Sequence record: MH252123.1
Direction: 5' to 3' (one strand)
Length of the DNA stretch: 64,000 nucleotides
Source of the DNA: Klebsiella phage ZCKP1
Shown here: piece after piece, positions 19,560 through 29,410 of the stretch
Position numbering within the stretch: position 1 is the first letter of the stretch
How the letters are laid out: every line of letters starts with the position of its first letter
Program-made: the position numbers and the translations under genes
The notes under the pieces: model-generated
Database searches by the model: none
Seen by the model: the letters and a program-made list of their open reading frames with translations, nothing else
Told to the model about the DNA's origin: nothing

Positions 19560-20153
19560 TTACCAAGGAATATCATCTTCTTCCAATCTGGTATCTACTT
19601 GAGGAGGACGTGGAACCTTAACCTCTTTCACAAAACGAAGATATGGGAAACGTGTAGCAATTTTAATAACATGTTTGGCATCTTCTCTAACATCTTTGTG
19701 CAAGAAGCAGATCCCTGTTTCCAAGGTTGTTTCAAAATCTTTAGAATAATAACAGTCCTTCCCATCAAATGCAGCCTGGCAGATGGACAGATCGAACTCA
19801 TTTAGAAAGGTTGTCATTACGCTTGGTTCCATAATCATAAGGTTGCAAAGCTGACCATCACGTTCAAACTCAAAAACGTGTTTAAGACCAGTAACACCCT
19901 CGTAGTTATCCGAAGCTTCTTTGTTTCCTAATTTACGAACATTAGTTCCCATCAAAGCAGATGCAATCAATTCTTGTATTTGCTCTTCTGATCGATGTGC
20001 AGGAAGAGACGTGTAAAAATCCAGATCACGTCCAGCAATATCAAGAATACGCCAATCACGAACAGCGCCGCCAGCCAAGACAGAATTAGGATCAGCAATC
20101 TTTAATACGGTAAGAATTTCTTTGGCAATATTGATTTGTTTTGATTTAGTCAT
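19560..20153 (-). CDS. nucleotidyltransferase (CCA-adding/poly(A) polymerase head-domain-like)
   Basis: 197 aa. The motif LAGGAVRDWRILDIAGRDLDFY matches the GGAVRD...DxD signature of class II tRNA nucleotidyltransferases. Confidence 0.5.
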   Translation of the reverse strand: MTKSKQINIAKEILTVLKIADPNSVLAGGAVRDWRILDIAGRDLDFYTSLPAHRSEEQIQELIASALMGTNVRKLGNKEASDNYEGVTGLKHVFEFERDGQLCNLMIMEPSVMTTFLNEFDLSICQAAFDGKDCYYSKDFETTLETGICFLHKDVREDAKHVIKIATRFPYLRFVKEVKVPRPPQVDTRLEEDDIPW

Positions 20154-20364
20154 GGATACGCTCCACAGTTACTTTTACAACATCGTCCATATTAATCTCA
20201 TCCCCCAAGACCTCAATAACACCTTCCTCATAAAGTCGAGCACATTCTTCCCACACTTCAGCTTCCGTCATTCCACCTGCAATCTTATTTGCAAGACCTT
20301 TAATAACATCTTCATTTTGTTCATCAACAAGAATTGAAACATTAAAGCTCACTAATTTACGCAT
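20146..20364 (-). CDS. hypothetical protein
   Basis: 72 aa, acidic. Confidence 0.35.
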   Translation of the reverse strand: MRKLVSFNVSILVDEQNEDVIKGLANKIAGGMTEAEVWEECARLYEEGVIEVLGDEINMDDVVKVTVERIHD

Positions 20365-20541
20365 TGTTTTCTCCTTATACTTCTAAACGGAAAGTTTCTT
20401 TAGATACAAAATCGTATCCACCTTTTTCAAGCCAGTCATTGTAAACCTCATCGGCTTGAGACTCTATCATAAAATACCGAGTGATAACTTCGTCTCAGAC
20501 AATACGCACAATTTTATAGCAAATCATGATACCATTTCCCA

Positions 20542-20733
20542 TTAATCTTCCTCCAGATCAATTTCATTATAACAATGTATGCAGAAACCATCATTGTGCA
20601 TATGTTGTTCATAGGACATATCTTTACCACAAGACCAACAACGGATATCCCCATCGTCCCATTCACGTTCTTCTTCACCTTCAAATTCATCTGGTAGGTA
20701 AGGCATACCAAGACAATCTAAATCGTAATGCAT
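20542..20733 (-). CDS. small zinc-ribbon protein
   Basis: 63 aa with two CxxC pairs (CWSCG...CIHC). RBS AGGAGG. Confidence 0.4.
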   Translation of the reverse strand: MHYDLDCLGMPYLPDEFEGEEEREWDDGDIRCWSCGKDMSYEQHMHNDGFCIHCYNEIDLEED

Positions 20734-20781
20734 ATCTCCTCCTATAAAGGGGCAGAAGCCCCTTATAAAACAATGAGTTAA

Positions 20782-23700
20782 CTAGTGACAGGACGCCCAG
20801 GAGTTACCCACATCATATCCGGCAGTAAGCTGAACATTAAGATTGTAAAATTCTCCAGCCTTAGTAACAGCTAAAGCAGCAAGTTCACCTGCCCGACTAT
20901 AGGCTGTAAACCATCCACCTTTGGGAGATTCATGAATGTTAGCCCAAATTTGCCCTGTCTCTTTTTCCTTATTATGCTTCCATTCTTCAACTTTAGCAAG
21001 GCATTCTTTATCAATTTTCTTTTGTTCTTCAGGATCGTCTACTTTCTTCCAACCTAATGATTCAGGTGAAAACCATTTAAATTCTACAAGGTTACGAGAA
21101 ACTTCAAGCTGGGCTTCATCGTGATATGCAATCATTTGTTGCACGAAGTCTTTATTCTTCCAGTCATCTTTAAAGAAGTCAACACTTAGCCCTTCTTCTT
21201 CGATCATGTCATCATAAATAACCATTGCACGTTTGGCACAGATAACCCCACCACTTTGGAACAGAGAGTTAAGAATCGCGTGAGCAGAACGAGTAGGAAC
21301 CTTACGACCGTCAATACCCAAAACATACTGTTTACCAGTCTTAACCCAGAAATCGTTTAAACGTTCTTTAAGACGCGCCAGTGGGAATGCAGCTTCCCAG
21401 AAAGCATCGAACACCAGTTGCCCTGTGTATTTATCGCTACCAATTGTTTTAGCAACCTTGTCTGCTTGTGCACCATAAGTGATCCCGTATTTAACAGATT
21501 TCGCCGGACTACGTTCAAATTTACGTCCAATAGTTTCAGTGATACGTTTTGCCATCATTGTGTGAACATCATTAGGTTTCTCTAACAACAGAGCGTTACA
21601 ATATTCGTGTGGCTCCGGCTCGTACCGCCAACAGTTTCCTGTGATGGTAATGCAGTCTTTCTGACGCATGACCCACGTACCAAGTTCTGTTTGTGGACAC
21701 CAAACATCCTCTACACCCCACTCTTCAATAGTCAAACTTTGAACAGGAATGTGAGAGCGGTTAGTCAATGTTGCCACTTTTACTTTCTGCTCTTTTGTAT
21801 TGAAAGCTACAGAGATATTGCCTCCATGCACCAGGTACGAGGCAGTTAAAGCTGCTTCAAAAAGTTCACCTGGGTTCTGCGCCCAACGCCAAACAGGTTT
21901 TTGTTTATGTTCATGCCAGTAACCATCTGCAATCAAGAAACCTTCCAAGAAAGCTACACGCTCGGCATGAGACATATTAACTACACGCTCTACCCACGGA
22001 ACATCCCATTTACCTTGTTGAACATAAGTTAAACTATTTACCTGATCTTGTTCCATGTTAAATGGAGCATTACAAATAATATTATCTCCTGTGCAAAGCT
22101 CGGCAGTTGTTCTGACTTTAGGCACATAAGTATTCCCTTTACTACGGGTATTAACATACCAACGGTGATCTGCTGTTGCACGGTAAGTGTGTGATTTCCC
22201 TTTAATCTCAAACGTCTTACTATTTTTATAGAAGACCTTACCTTTTACTTTAGTCCATTCTTTCAGACCTGTTTCAGCATTGTACCCTAAAATCTCATCC
22301 CCTTCCTTCAGGTCGTGATATCCTACCCAACCTTTACGAGTCAAAGCTTGAGCATCCATCGGCACACAGTAATGTGACTCAATCTTTGCTTCCAAAGAGT
22401 CGAAGTCATAACCAATCTGGAAGTATTTAGGAACTTCTACACCAAACAAGTTACGCATCTCCCATCCAAACAAAGATGTGACACGAGGGATATTGGCTAC
22501 AGATCTATGCTTCATACGAGAGGTGGCAGCATCACATGTAGCGGCTGGGGTAGGAATACGCCCATCCGCCCTTACTGCGGCTAAGAAACCTTTATCGTAT
22601 TCTTGATCTTCTTCATCTTCTTCCCAATCAGCACCGCCACCTAAAATAGAGTTCCTACGATGCTTATACGTTAAGTATTCTACAATCTGTGTAGCATACG
22701 GGAATTTCTCACCCAAAGCTTGCAGGTTAGGACAGATTTCTTTTTCCTGACCTTTGGTAAAGCATGGGTTAGTCAATACTTTAAGACCGCGACCTTTACC
22801 TTTTGCTATACGCTCTTGAATCTTCCTTTCCAAAGTTTCCGGTGTGCACTCCAGATGATCACAACGATCCTGACAAAAATTAGAAGATAGAGTTTGCTCA
22901 ACGTAAGCTCGAATACCTTTCTGAAGTTCTTCCTCGCTCTTTTTAATCTTGGTGCCAGATTTAAGAGTCAAATCTTTATCTTTATATTCAGATGGTACCC
23001 AACCTAATCCTACAAGCCAGTTTTTAATATGGGTAGTATCGTTCAATGTTGCAGGGATATTAGGATCACACAAAGGCTCATCTGCTGCAACTGGCAGTTT
23101 CCACTCTTTCCCCAACATCACTAACCACCAATCTCCATCCCTCTCTTCCAAATGACCATCATGTTTCTTAGCAAAATTGATCATATGGTTAGTTGGCTCT
23201 AAGTTCTTTTTAATTTGCAACTTAGGTGGAATAAAAGCCTTAAGATAACCTTTTGTTGCTGGTTTAGGTGGCAAAATAGGCTCAACGAGTAAACGAAGAC
23301 GCTCCATTTCTGCATCCAAAAAAGCAAGGTTCTCTTCTGCTTGCTTCATGTTAAAAGCAAACCCACGGTGTTCCTGGCGTGTAATAATGTCTGCTACACG
23401 TTGTTCAAGTTCAAATGGACCTTCCCATTTATCATAATCACCCCATTCTTCCATAAGGTAATTATATACACTTGTGTTGGCTTTGTTATCATAGATACAG
23501 TAATAAAGCATATCCGCAGCAAAAGTCTTAAATCGATCTTCTTCTGGAATCTCTTTACGGAAATCTATTTTTACATCACCGCCTGCTTTTCGAGAAAGTG
23601 CTGCCAAGCTATGTCCTGATTTGCCCTCAATCTTTCGATCTGGGTTTAACACTTTACTCAAAATCAAAGAGTCAATAAGTTTTACCTTATTTTTGCCCCA

Positions 23701-24114
23701 CGTGTTATATTTAACACTGTAATCTAATCCATAAAACAGTTTTGTAGCCAACCAGTCATAGTTGATACCGTTGTGTGCCACAGCCATTTCAACCAAATAT
23801 TCAGGCTTGTCTTTAAAATAACCTTCATGATTAATAAAGTCTGGGAAATCTTTTAGTTGAAAATGTGTGTAATCTTGCGCCACATATTCTTTAAGAACAT
23901 ACGTGTATTTACCATCTGATTCTTCATAAGGACGCCCGTCAAAAATATACTTAGGGCCATCGTGGAAAGCTACTATTTCTCCTGTTTCATGGTTCTCTAA
24001 GACAATACAGTGCATTTGAAATGTGTCTTTGAGACGATAAGGACTAGCTAAATAATCGATAGTGTCATTATTCAACAATCCGTTTGCTTCAATATCCCAT
24101 GTAAACTTACTCAC
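20782..24114 (-). CDS. DNA polymerase, family A, with 3'-5' exonuclease domain, interrupted by an intein
   Basis: Exo I motif DIEANGL at the N-terminus. Pol A motif A is YDFDSLEAKI and motif B is RSPAKSVKYGITYGAQ. The segment NDVHTMMAKRITETIG parallels T7 gp5. There is an insertion of about 245 aa after motif A. Confidence 0.85.
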   Translation of the reverse strand: MSKFTWDIEANGLLNNDTIDYLASPYRLKDTFQMHCIVLENHETGEIVAFHDGPKYIFDGRPYEESDGKYTYVLKEYVAQDYTHFQLKDFPDFINHEGYFKDKPEYLVEMAVAHNGINYDWLATKLFYGLDYSVKYNTWGKNKVKLIDSLILSKVLNPDRKIEGKSGHSLAALSRKAGGDVKIDFRKEIPEEDRFKTFAADMLYYCIYDNKANTSVYNYLMEEWGDYDKWEGPFELEQRVADIITRQEHRGFAFNMKQAEENLAFLDAEMERLRLLVEPILPPKPATKGYLKAFIPPKLQIKKNLEPTNHMINFAKKHDGHLEERDGDWWLVMLGKEWKLPVAADEPLCDPNIPATLNDTTHIKNWLVGLGWVPSEYKDKDLTLKSGTKIKKSEEELQKGIRAYVEQTLSSNFCQDRCDHLECTPETLERKIQERIAKGKGRGLKVLTNPCFTKGQEKEICPNLQALGEKFPYATQIVEYLTYKHRRNSILGGGADWEEDEEDQEYDKGFLAAVRADGRIPTPAATCDAATSRMKHRSVANIPRVTSLFGWEMRNLFGVEVPKYFQIGYDFDSLEAKIESHYCVPMDAQALTRKGWVGYHDLKEGDEILGYNAETGLKEWTKVKGKVFYKNSKTFEIKGKSHTYRATADHRWYVNTRSKGNTYVPKVRTTAELCTGDNIICNAPFNMEQDQVNSLTYVQQGKWDVPWVERVVNMSHAERVAFLEGFLIADGYWHEHKQKPVWRWAQNPGELFEAALTASYLVHGGNISVAFNTKEQKVKVATLTNRSHIPVQSLTIEEWGVEDVWCPQTELGTWVMRQKDCITITGNCWRYEPEPHEYCNALLLEKPNDVHTMMAKRITETIGRKFERSPAKSVKYGITYGAQADKVAKTIGSDKYTGQLVFDAFWEAAFPLARLKERLNDFWVKTGKQYVLGIDGRKVPTRSAHAILNSLFQSGGVICAKRAMVIYDDMIEEEGLSVDFFKDDWKNKDFVQQMIAYHDEAQLEVSRNLVEFKWFSPESLGWKKVDDPEEQKKIDKECLAKVEEWKHNKEKETGQIWANIHESPKGGWFTAYSRAGELAALAVTKAGEFYNLNVQLTAGYDVGNSWASCH
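21634..22368 (-). other. intein (Hint domain with single LAGLIDADG-like motif) within the DNA polymerase
   Basis: Begins with Cys (CVPMDAQALTRKGW, block A-like). It contains a TxxH block B (RATADHRWYV) and a LAGLIDADG-like motif (LEGFLIADGY). It ends ...CITITGN followed by Cys+1. The flanking extein sequences align continuously with T7 pol. Confidence 0.55.
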
Positions 24115-24908
24115 TATTCCTCCTTTCTAATGTTCTCCAGAACCCACTGAAGCTCTTTTAAACTTAAACTTCTTACTCCCGCAGTTTTACTAGCTTCGGC
24201 TTTAAGTAACGGGTAAGCCTCAATGATACGCGTTTTAAGATCAGAAGTCAAGGCTTTTAAAAAATAGGTAGATGCTTCAGATAAAGAATCTTCTTCTGAT
24301 AACACTTTACCTGCACTTGCTCCCGCTCTCCTAACGGCTATGTCGTAGTCTTTACTGTTGCCTAATACGAATAGTCGATTTTCTCCTAAAACAACGGGAG
24401 AACGCTTCTCGTTGCGTTTAATCCATACCTGGAATACACAAGGAACATCCCAAGGTTCTCCATGAAGAATAAAAGATCCTTTTGGACATTCTTCTTCGTA
24501 AAGAAGATGCATGTGGGGATTTAGTTTGTGTGCAAAAAAGATTTTTTGAAATGTGCGAGGCAAGATAAAACAAATACCACCTTCGTTATCCAGCATTTCA
24601 GCACAATGGTTAAAGAACTTAATGGCAAGACTAGCATTTTTTCCAAATGGAGGATTACCGACAAAAGCAGTTACACTACCAACAGATTCAACAGATTGAG
24701 CTAAAAAATCTGCCTCAATACAATCTTCAAACTTAGGGTCAATATCAAAAGAAGTTATGTTTTTAAAACAAGAAGAGAAAGCTCCTTCTCCCGCAGATGG
24801 TTCTACGTAGTTAGCTTCCTCTCCAAAAATTTCTTTGATCTTATCACATAAGAACCCCGCATAAGCGGGGTTAGTGTAATATTGATCAAGTGTGTTCAAC
24901 TTGCTCAA
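24114..24908 (-). CDS. DNA N6-adenine methyltransferase
   Basis: N-terminal DQYYTNP, an AdoMet motif (EPSAGEGAF) and catalytic NPPF. Confidence 0.7.
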   Translation of the reverse strand: MSKLNTLDQYYTNPAYAGFLCDKIKEIFGEEANYVEPSAGEGAFSSCFKNITSFDIDPKFEDCIEADFLAQSVESVGSVTAFVGNPPFGKNASLAIKFFNHCAEMLDNEGGICFILPRTFQKIFFAHKLNPHMHLLYEEECPKGSFILHGEPWDVPCVFQVWIKRNEKRSPVVLGENRLFVLGNSKDYDIAVRRAGASAGKVLSEEDSLSEASTYFLKALTSDLKTRIIEAYPLLKAEASKTAGVRSLSLKELQWVLENIRKEE

Positions 24909-24917
24909 TAGTCCTCC

Positions 24918-25349
24918 TTAGTTGTTAGCGAACTCAATAGTGAGGTCAACTTTACCATCATCAGAAATAACCATGTTTTTGGTATTTTTAAAGATGATAT
25001 CTACTTTACCTTCACTTACACGACAGAATGCAACACCATCTGCAACTTTATCAATATAATATTTGTAAGAAAGAATACCTACTTTACTACGACCAGCACC
25101 TTTTGTGAAAGAAGGGCTTACATCGAAACGGAAACCTTTAGAAGAAACAACACGGTAAGAACGTCCAGTTGGAAGATGTTCAATAACAGAGACATTGTTC
25201 TCAACAACTTTTACAGCAAACTCTTCAGGATGATCCTCAACAATCATGTGTGGGATGGCAAATGCCAACGCTTGTTTGTGTTTAATAACACCAGCACCCA
25301 GAGCACCAGCAGCTTTAACTTTTGCATTCAGATCGATTGTCATACGCAT
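24918..25349 (-). CDS. hypothetical protein
   Basis: 143 aa ORF. Confidence 0.4.
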   Translation of the reverse strand: MRMTIDLNAKVKAAGALGAGVIKHKQALAFAIPHMIVEDHPEEFAVKVVENNVSVIEHLPTGRSYRVVSSKGFRFDVSPSFTKGAGRSKVGILSYKYYIDKVADGVAFCRVSEGKVDIIFKNTKNMVISDDGKVDLTIEFANN

Positions 25350-25423
25350 TTTTACTTCTCCTCTTGTTTGGTTGATGAGACAAGTATAAGTCCCTTCCGC
25401 AAAGTTGTCAACAGGTATTTTTA

Positions 25424-25441
25424 ATAAAAGGGCCGAAGCCC
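25424..25441 (-). terminator. stem-loop/terminator downstream of the primase-helicase gene
   Basis: On the - strand GGGC ttcg GCCC is followed by TTTTATTAAAA. Confidence 0.45.
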
Positions 25442-27220
25442 TTAGTAGTTGCTATCCGTAGGCAAATTAGCAGGATTGTTGAAATACTGCTCTTTGTCAT
25501 GCAGAGTTGCAGTTCTAATATCATAGTAAAACTGCCCTGCCGGACCCGTTTCCGAGAACTCACGGTTTTTTAGGATAAAGCAATGAGTCGTATTGCGTTC
25601 TACAGGGTCTTCAGCGGCTTTATCTCGTTCCAAAGCCAAGGTAATACCAGCACCTTTAGCCAAGAAACTACTACCCATTGCATCGTCCTCTGTTAAGTGT
25701 TCATTGCCACCATTAGCCGACTTCTTAACGTGTGAGATGACGATAATGGTTATAGCATACTCTTTCATGATGCGCTTCAACCATGTTGCTAACTCTTCCT
25801 GGGCTTGAACATCCATACCAGAAAGCAAATCAGAATAAGGGTCGATAACAAGAATTGTTACTCCAAAATAGATGATCATCTCCAAAACTTTTTCTTTGAT
25901 AGACTCCACATCTGCTCCACGATCATCACACACATAAAAACGTGGTGATCCATCTTCTCTTTCGTAAAAATCTAGGATTTTTTCTTTATTCTCTTCCAAG
26001 ATTTGAAATTTCTCTTCCGGTGTTTTCCTGTGTAGAGGAATATGCAAGAAAGAGGACAACAGGTTACGAGAATATTTCTTATAAGTTGCTTCCAAGGACA
26101 GAATACCTAGGGTATGTTCTGGGTGTGCAACGATAATATGTTTGGTGATCTCGTTCACCATCAAAGTTTTACCGATACTGGTCTTTGCCAGGATGACTGT
26201 AATCTCTTCCTCTACTAAACCACCACCCAGCATATTTGCAGCAACACGCATAAAAGGAGGCAAGGTAATCATCTTGGATTCCAAGCATTCTAGTGCAGCT
26301 TCATACAAGACATTAGAAGCATAAACACCTGCGGGAGTGTATAGACGAGCACTCCAAAAAGCTTTTACGAAATCCTTTGCACGACCTTCTTCCAGATACT
26401 GATTGGCATCCTTGAGATCCATCTGCATACGGTAGACTTTGTTACGAGGCAGCACCTTAACAATATTTTCAAATGCCTCATTACCTGCTTTGTCGTTATC
26501 CATGCAAACAATAATCTTCTTAAATTTTTCAAAGAAAGGATATTGTGCCTGGACTTGTTTATACATACTGGTTTCACCAGTTGTGCCACTTACTACAGCT
26601 GGAAGCTCATATTTACTGTCCAAGTTTTCAGATAGCATTTGATAAGCTGCCAGAGCATCGTGTTCACCACCTGTAATCACAACAGTATGAGAACGGTCTG
26701 CAAAACGAATTTGTCCAAAAAGATCTACATCTTTACCTACTTGACCAATAGGTTTACTGAAATCTTTAGGATGAATACGACGCTTAAAACCAACCAATTC
26801 TTTACCGATGGTAGTCGGATATAAACAACTTTCTACTACCATCTGATCCCCTTCCTGACGGTATTCATAACGAACACCATAGAAAGATGAAACTTTTTCT
26901 TTAATGCCTCGATAACCACGTGGGTTGGTTGATGTTTCTTGAACAATTTTACGATGAATCTGTTTATTAAATTCCGAACCCACAATCTCCTCCTCTTCTT
27001 CTAAAACTTCACCATTTTCTCGTAACCATTCTACGCTAGGAATAGTGTATTCACACGCAAAGCACTTAGCACCTTTATGCTCTCCATTAGAATCTAATCC
27101 ATAAACCATCAGGTTATTACGAGAGCGATCCTTGCCATTTTTCATGCAGCGCGGACAACCTGTATGTCCTTCCTTGCTAAGATCAACATCAAATCCATAT
27201 TTAGTTATAATGTGCGACAC
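25442..27220 (-). CDS. DNA primase/helicase (T7 gp4-like)
   Basis: N-terminal Zn-ribbon (CPRC...CFAC). A TOPRIM-like DNDKAG motif follows. The C-terminal half is a DnaB-type helicase with Walker A (TSIGKT). Confidence 0.8.
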   Translation of the reverse strand: MSHIITKYGFDVDLSKEGHTGCPRCMKNGKDRSRNNLMVYGLDSNGEHKGAKCFACEYTIPSVEWLRENGEVLEEEEEIVGSEFNKQIHRKIVQETSTNPRGYRGIKEKVSSFYGVRYEYRQEGDQMVVESCLYPTTIGKELVGFKRRIHPKDFSKPIGQVGKDVDLFGQIRFADRSHTVVITGGEHDALAAYQMLSENLDSKYELPAVVSGTTGETSMYKQVQAQYPFFEKFKKIIVCMDNDKAGNEAFENIVKVLPRNKVYRMQMDLKDANQYLEEGRAKDFVKAFWSARLYTPAGVYASNVLYEAALECLESKMITLPPFMRVAANMLGGGLVEEEITVILAKTSIGKTLMVNEITKHIIVAHPEHTLGILSLEATYKKYSRNLLSSFLHIPLHRKTPEEKFQILEENKEKILDFYEREDGSPRFYVCDDRGADVESIKEKVLEMIIYFGVTILVIDPYSDLLSGMDVQAQEELATWLKRIMKEYAITIIVISHVKKSANGGNEHLTEDDAMGSSFLAKGAGITLALERDKAAEDPVERNTTHCFILKNREFSETGPAGQFYYDIRTATLHDKEQYFNNPANLPTDSNY

Positions 27221-27232
27221 TTTGTTCTCCTG

Positions 27233-27511
27233 TTAAAATGGTTCGTTAGTCTCCATCATATATTCTGCTTCTAGTTCTTCCATGTGCTTTCTAAATTGGA
27301 AAGCAATTTCTGCTACAGTTACATTTAAATCTTTTTCAAAAACTTCTGTAGATCCTTCATAAAAACGAATACCGTCAATTAAAAGCCCTCCGTGGTAATC
27401 CCAATCGCTTTCACGAGAAAGTGGATTAGGTTCTTCATAATAGTAATCCACCTCCACGACCAAGGCTTTCCCGTTACGAGTGGTGTATTCAAAATCAAAA
27501 GTGTTAATCAT
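27233..27511 (-). CDS. hypothetical protein
   Basis: 92 aa. Confidence 0.4.
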   Translation of the reverse strand: MINTFDFEYTTRNGKALVVEVDYYYEEPNPLSRESDWDYHGGLLIDGIRFYEGSTEVFEKDLNVTVAEIAFQFRKHMEELEAEYMMETNEPF

Positions 27512-28455
27512 TATAGCTCCTCAAATAAAAGTCTACGACGCTCATTCAACACATCAATGTGATAATGAGTCCTGACATACTTAGCTAATGCTAATCCTTT
27601 CTCCATGCAAACATCGGGAGCACTTAATAAGTATTCCGTAATATCTTTCCACTCGGAAGGTGTTTCAGCAAAGAATAACAAATCTTTAAACTCTTGTGTA
27701 TGATAATTCTCACGAGGAGAGCAGATTAAAGGTAAACCCTTAGCACCTGCCTCAAGAATTTTAAGATTGCTTTTTGCATTATTAAACACGTTATCGATCA
27801 ATGGTGCAAGACTGATTTGATGACCATCGTAAGATTCCATGTAGTTGGCATATGGTCTTACACCTTCATAAACACAAGTTGGTGCTACATTTTCTCTGAT
27901 TACAGACCATTCACGACTACTTAAAACTTCGGAATCCCTACGAAAACCACATATTGTAAGATCTTTACCAAAATCGGGCAAGATAGCCAAATCTTGTTTA
28001 TGTGTTTCACTTCCAGCCCAGACTAATGGAGTTTTGGAGTAGCGATCACGGGTCAACACAAATTGACCTTCATCGTAAGGAAGTCCATTAGGGATTATGT
28101 GCACATTATCATTGTATTGTGAAAGTTCAACTTGCAAGGCAGGTGTCGTAGTTGTAACAAGATCACTGTGCTCTAAAAACCATTTTAAATGTTCACGAAT
28201 ACCTGATTCAAAAATACCTTCTAACATGTGTCCTTTTGGAATAACTAAAGAGTCATCCAAATCCATAACCATTTTAAAGCCCAGGTTTTTAAGGGCTAAA
28301 AAGCCCTCTTTACCTTTTGTTGGCACTCCGTTAAAAACGAAAACGTTGTGTTTAGGTTGTGAAGAGAACTGCCTTGAGTAAGGCAGCACTACCCTATGGA
28401 AATCGCAGACACTATAATTGATTCCGTTACGATTGTCAAGAATTATTTGTCCCAT
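27511..28455 (-). CDS. glycosyltransferase (GT-B-like), paralog 1
   Basis: 314 aa. It is a clear paralog of the next gene, sharing DLDD and VWAG motifs and the overall layout. Confidence 0.45.
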   Translation of the reverse strand: MGQIILDNRNGINYSVCDFHRVVLPYSRQFSSQPKHNVFVFNGVPTKGKEGFLALKNLGFKMVMDLDDSLVIPKGHMLEGIFESGIREHLKWFLEHSDLVTTTTPALQVELSQYNDNVHIIPNGLPYDEGQFVLTRDRYSKTPLVWAGSETHKQDLAILPDFGKDLTICGFRRDSEVLSSREWSVIRENVAPTCVYEGVRPYANYMESYDGHQISLAPLIDNVFNNAKSNLKILEAGAKGLPLICSPRENYHTQEFKDLLFFAETPSEWKDITEYLLSAPDVCMEKGLALAKYVRTHYHIDVLNERRRLLFEEL

Positions 28456-28462
28456 ACTTCAC

Positions 28463-29410
28463 CTACAAACTTTCAATGACCTGGCGTCGCAATTCGTTTG
28501 CATCTGCCAGATTATAATGTGTTCGAACATGTTCCGCTAAGAACAAGCCGCGATCTTCCCGATAGTTCGGATTGCGAAGAAGCTTAACAATTTCGTAATG
28601 CCATTCTGCTTTATTCTCTGCATAAGCAACAGCGCGAGCATCTACAGGGTTAAAATAAGGTAATACCTTAGAACAAACAATCGGAATACCTTTTGCCCCA
28701 GCTTCAAGGATTTTGAGATTACTTTTACAATTATTAAAATCATTATCTACCAAAGGAGCTATAGCAATAGCATGACTTTCGTAAACACTCATGTAATTAT
28801 CTAAATCTTTTACAGCAGCTTTATATTTGGCATTTGGTAAATTTCTGCGAATCTTAATCCACTCTTGTCCTGTGATGCTTTGTGATGCTTCATATCCCGC
28901 AATAGTAAGAAGTTCATCATCGAAAGTATTAGAGACTAGTCGTAAGTCGGGTTCGTGACTAGCACCGCCAGCCCATACAACAGGGGTACCGGATGAACGA
29001 TCATTTGACAAAGTGAATTGTCCACTATCAAAAGGAAGTGCATTTCGGATCACAACAACATTCCTATTTAAGTGACGGATCTTATATGCCAAATATTCCG
29101 TAGTCACAATGACCACATCAGCAAGCTTAATCATAGCCACAATAGCGTGAGTGTTTGACTCATATAAACTTGCTAAATAATGTTCTGGATTAAGTTGGTA
29201 GAAATCATCTAAATCTACAACAATTTTAACACCTTGACGTTTCAGGGACAGAACATATTCTGCACCTTTAGAATGAATACGGTTAAACACGACAACATCT
29301 TTCTTAGGCTGAAAATTATTGTTGTTAAATGGTATAACAATACGATGATAATCACAACCGCTGTGAGGTTTTGCATCAATTTTCAGTTTAGTCCATTTTT
29401 TATTTGACAT
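28463..29410 (-). CDS. glycosyltransferase (GT-B-like), paralog 2
   Basis: Paralogous to 27511..28455. The start was moved to the ATG (MSNKKW) at 29408-29410, which has AGGAGG 9 nt upstream. Confidence 0.45.
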   Translation of the reverse strand: MSNKKWTKLKIDAKPHSGCDYHRIVIPFNNNNFQPKKDVVVFNRIHSKGAEYVLSLKRQGVKIVVDLDDFYQLNPEHYLASLYESNTHAIVAMIKLADVVIVTTEYLAYKIRHLNRNVVVIRNALPFDSGQFTLSNDRSSGTPVVWAGGASHEPDLRLVSNTFDDELLTIAGYEASQSITGQEWIKIRRNLPNAKYKAAVKDLDNYMSVYESHAIAIAPLVDNDFNNCKSNLKILEAGAKGIPIVCSKVLPYFNPVDARAVAYAENKAEWHYEIVKLLRNPNYREDRGLFLAEHVRTHYNLADANELRRQVIESL

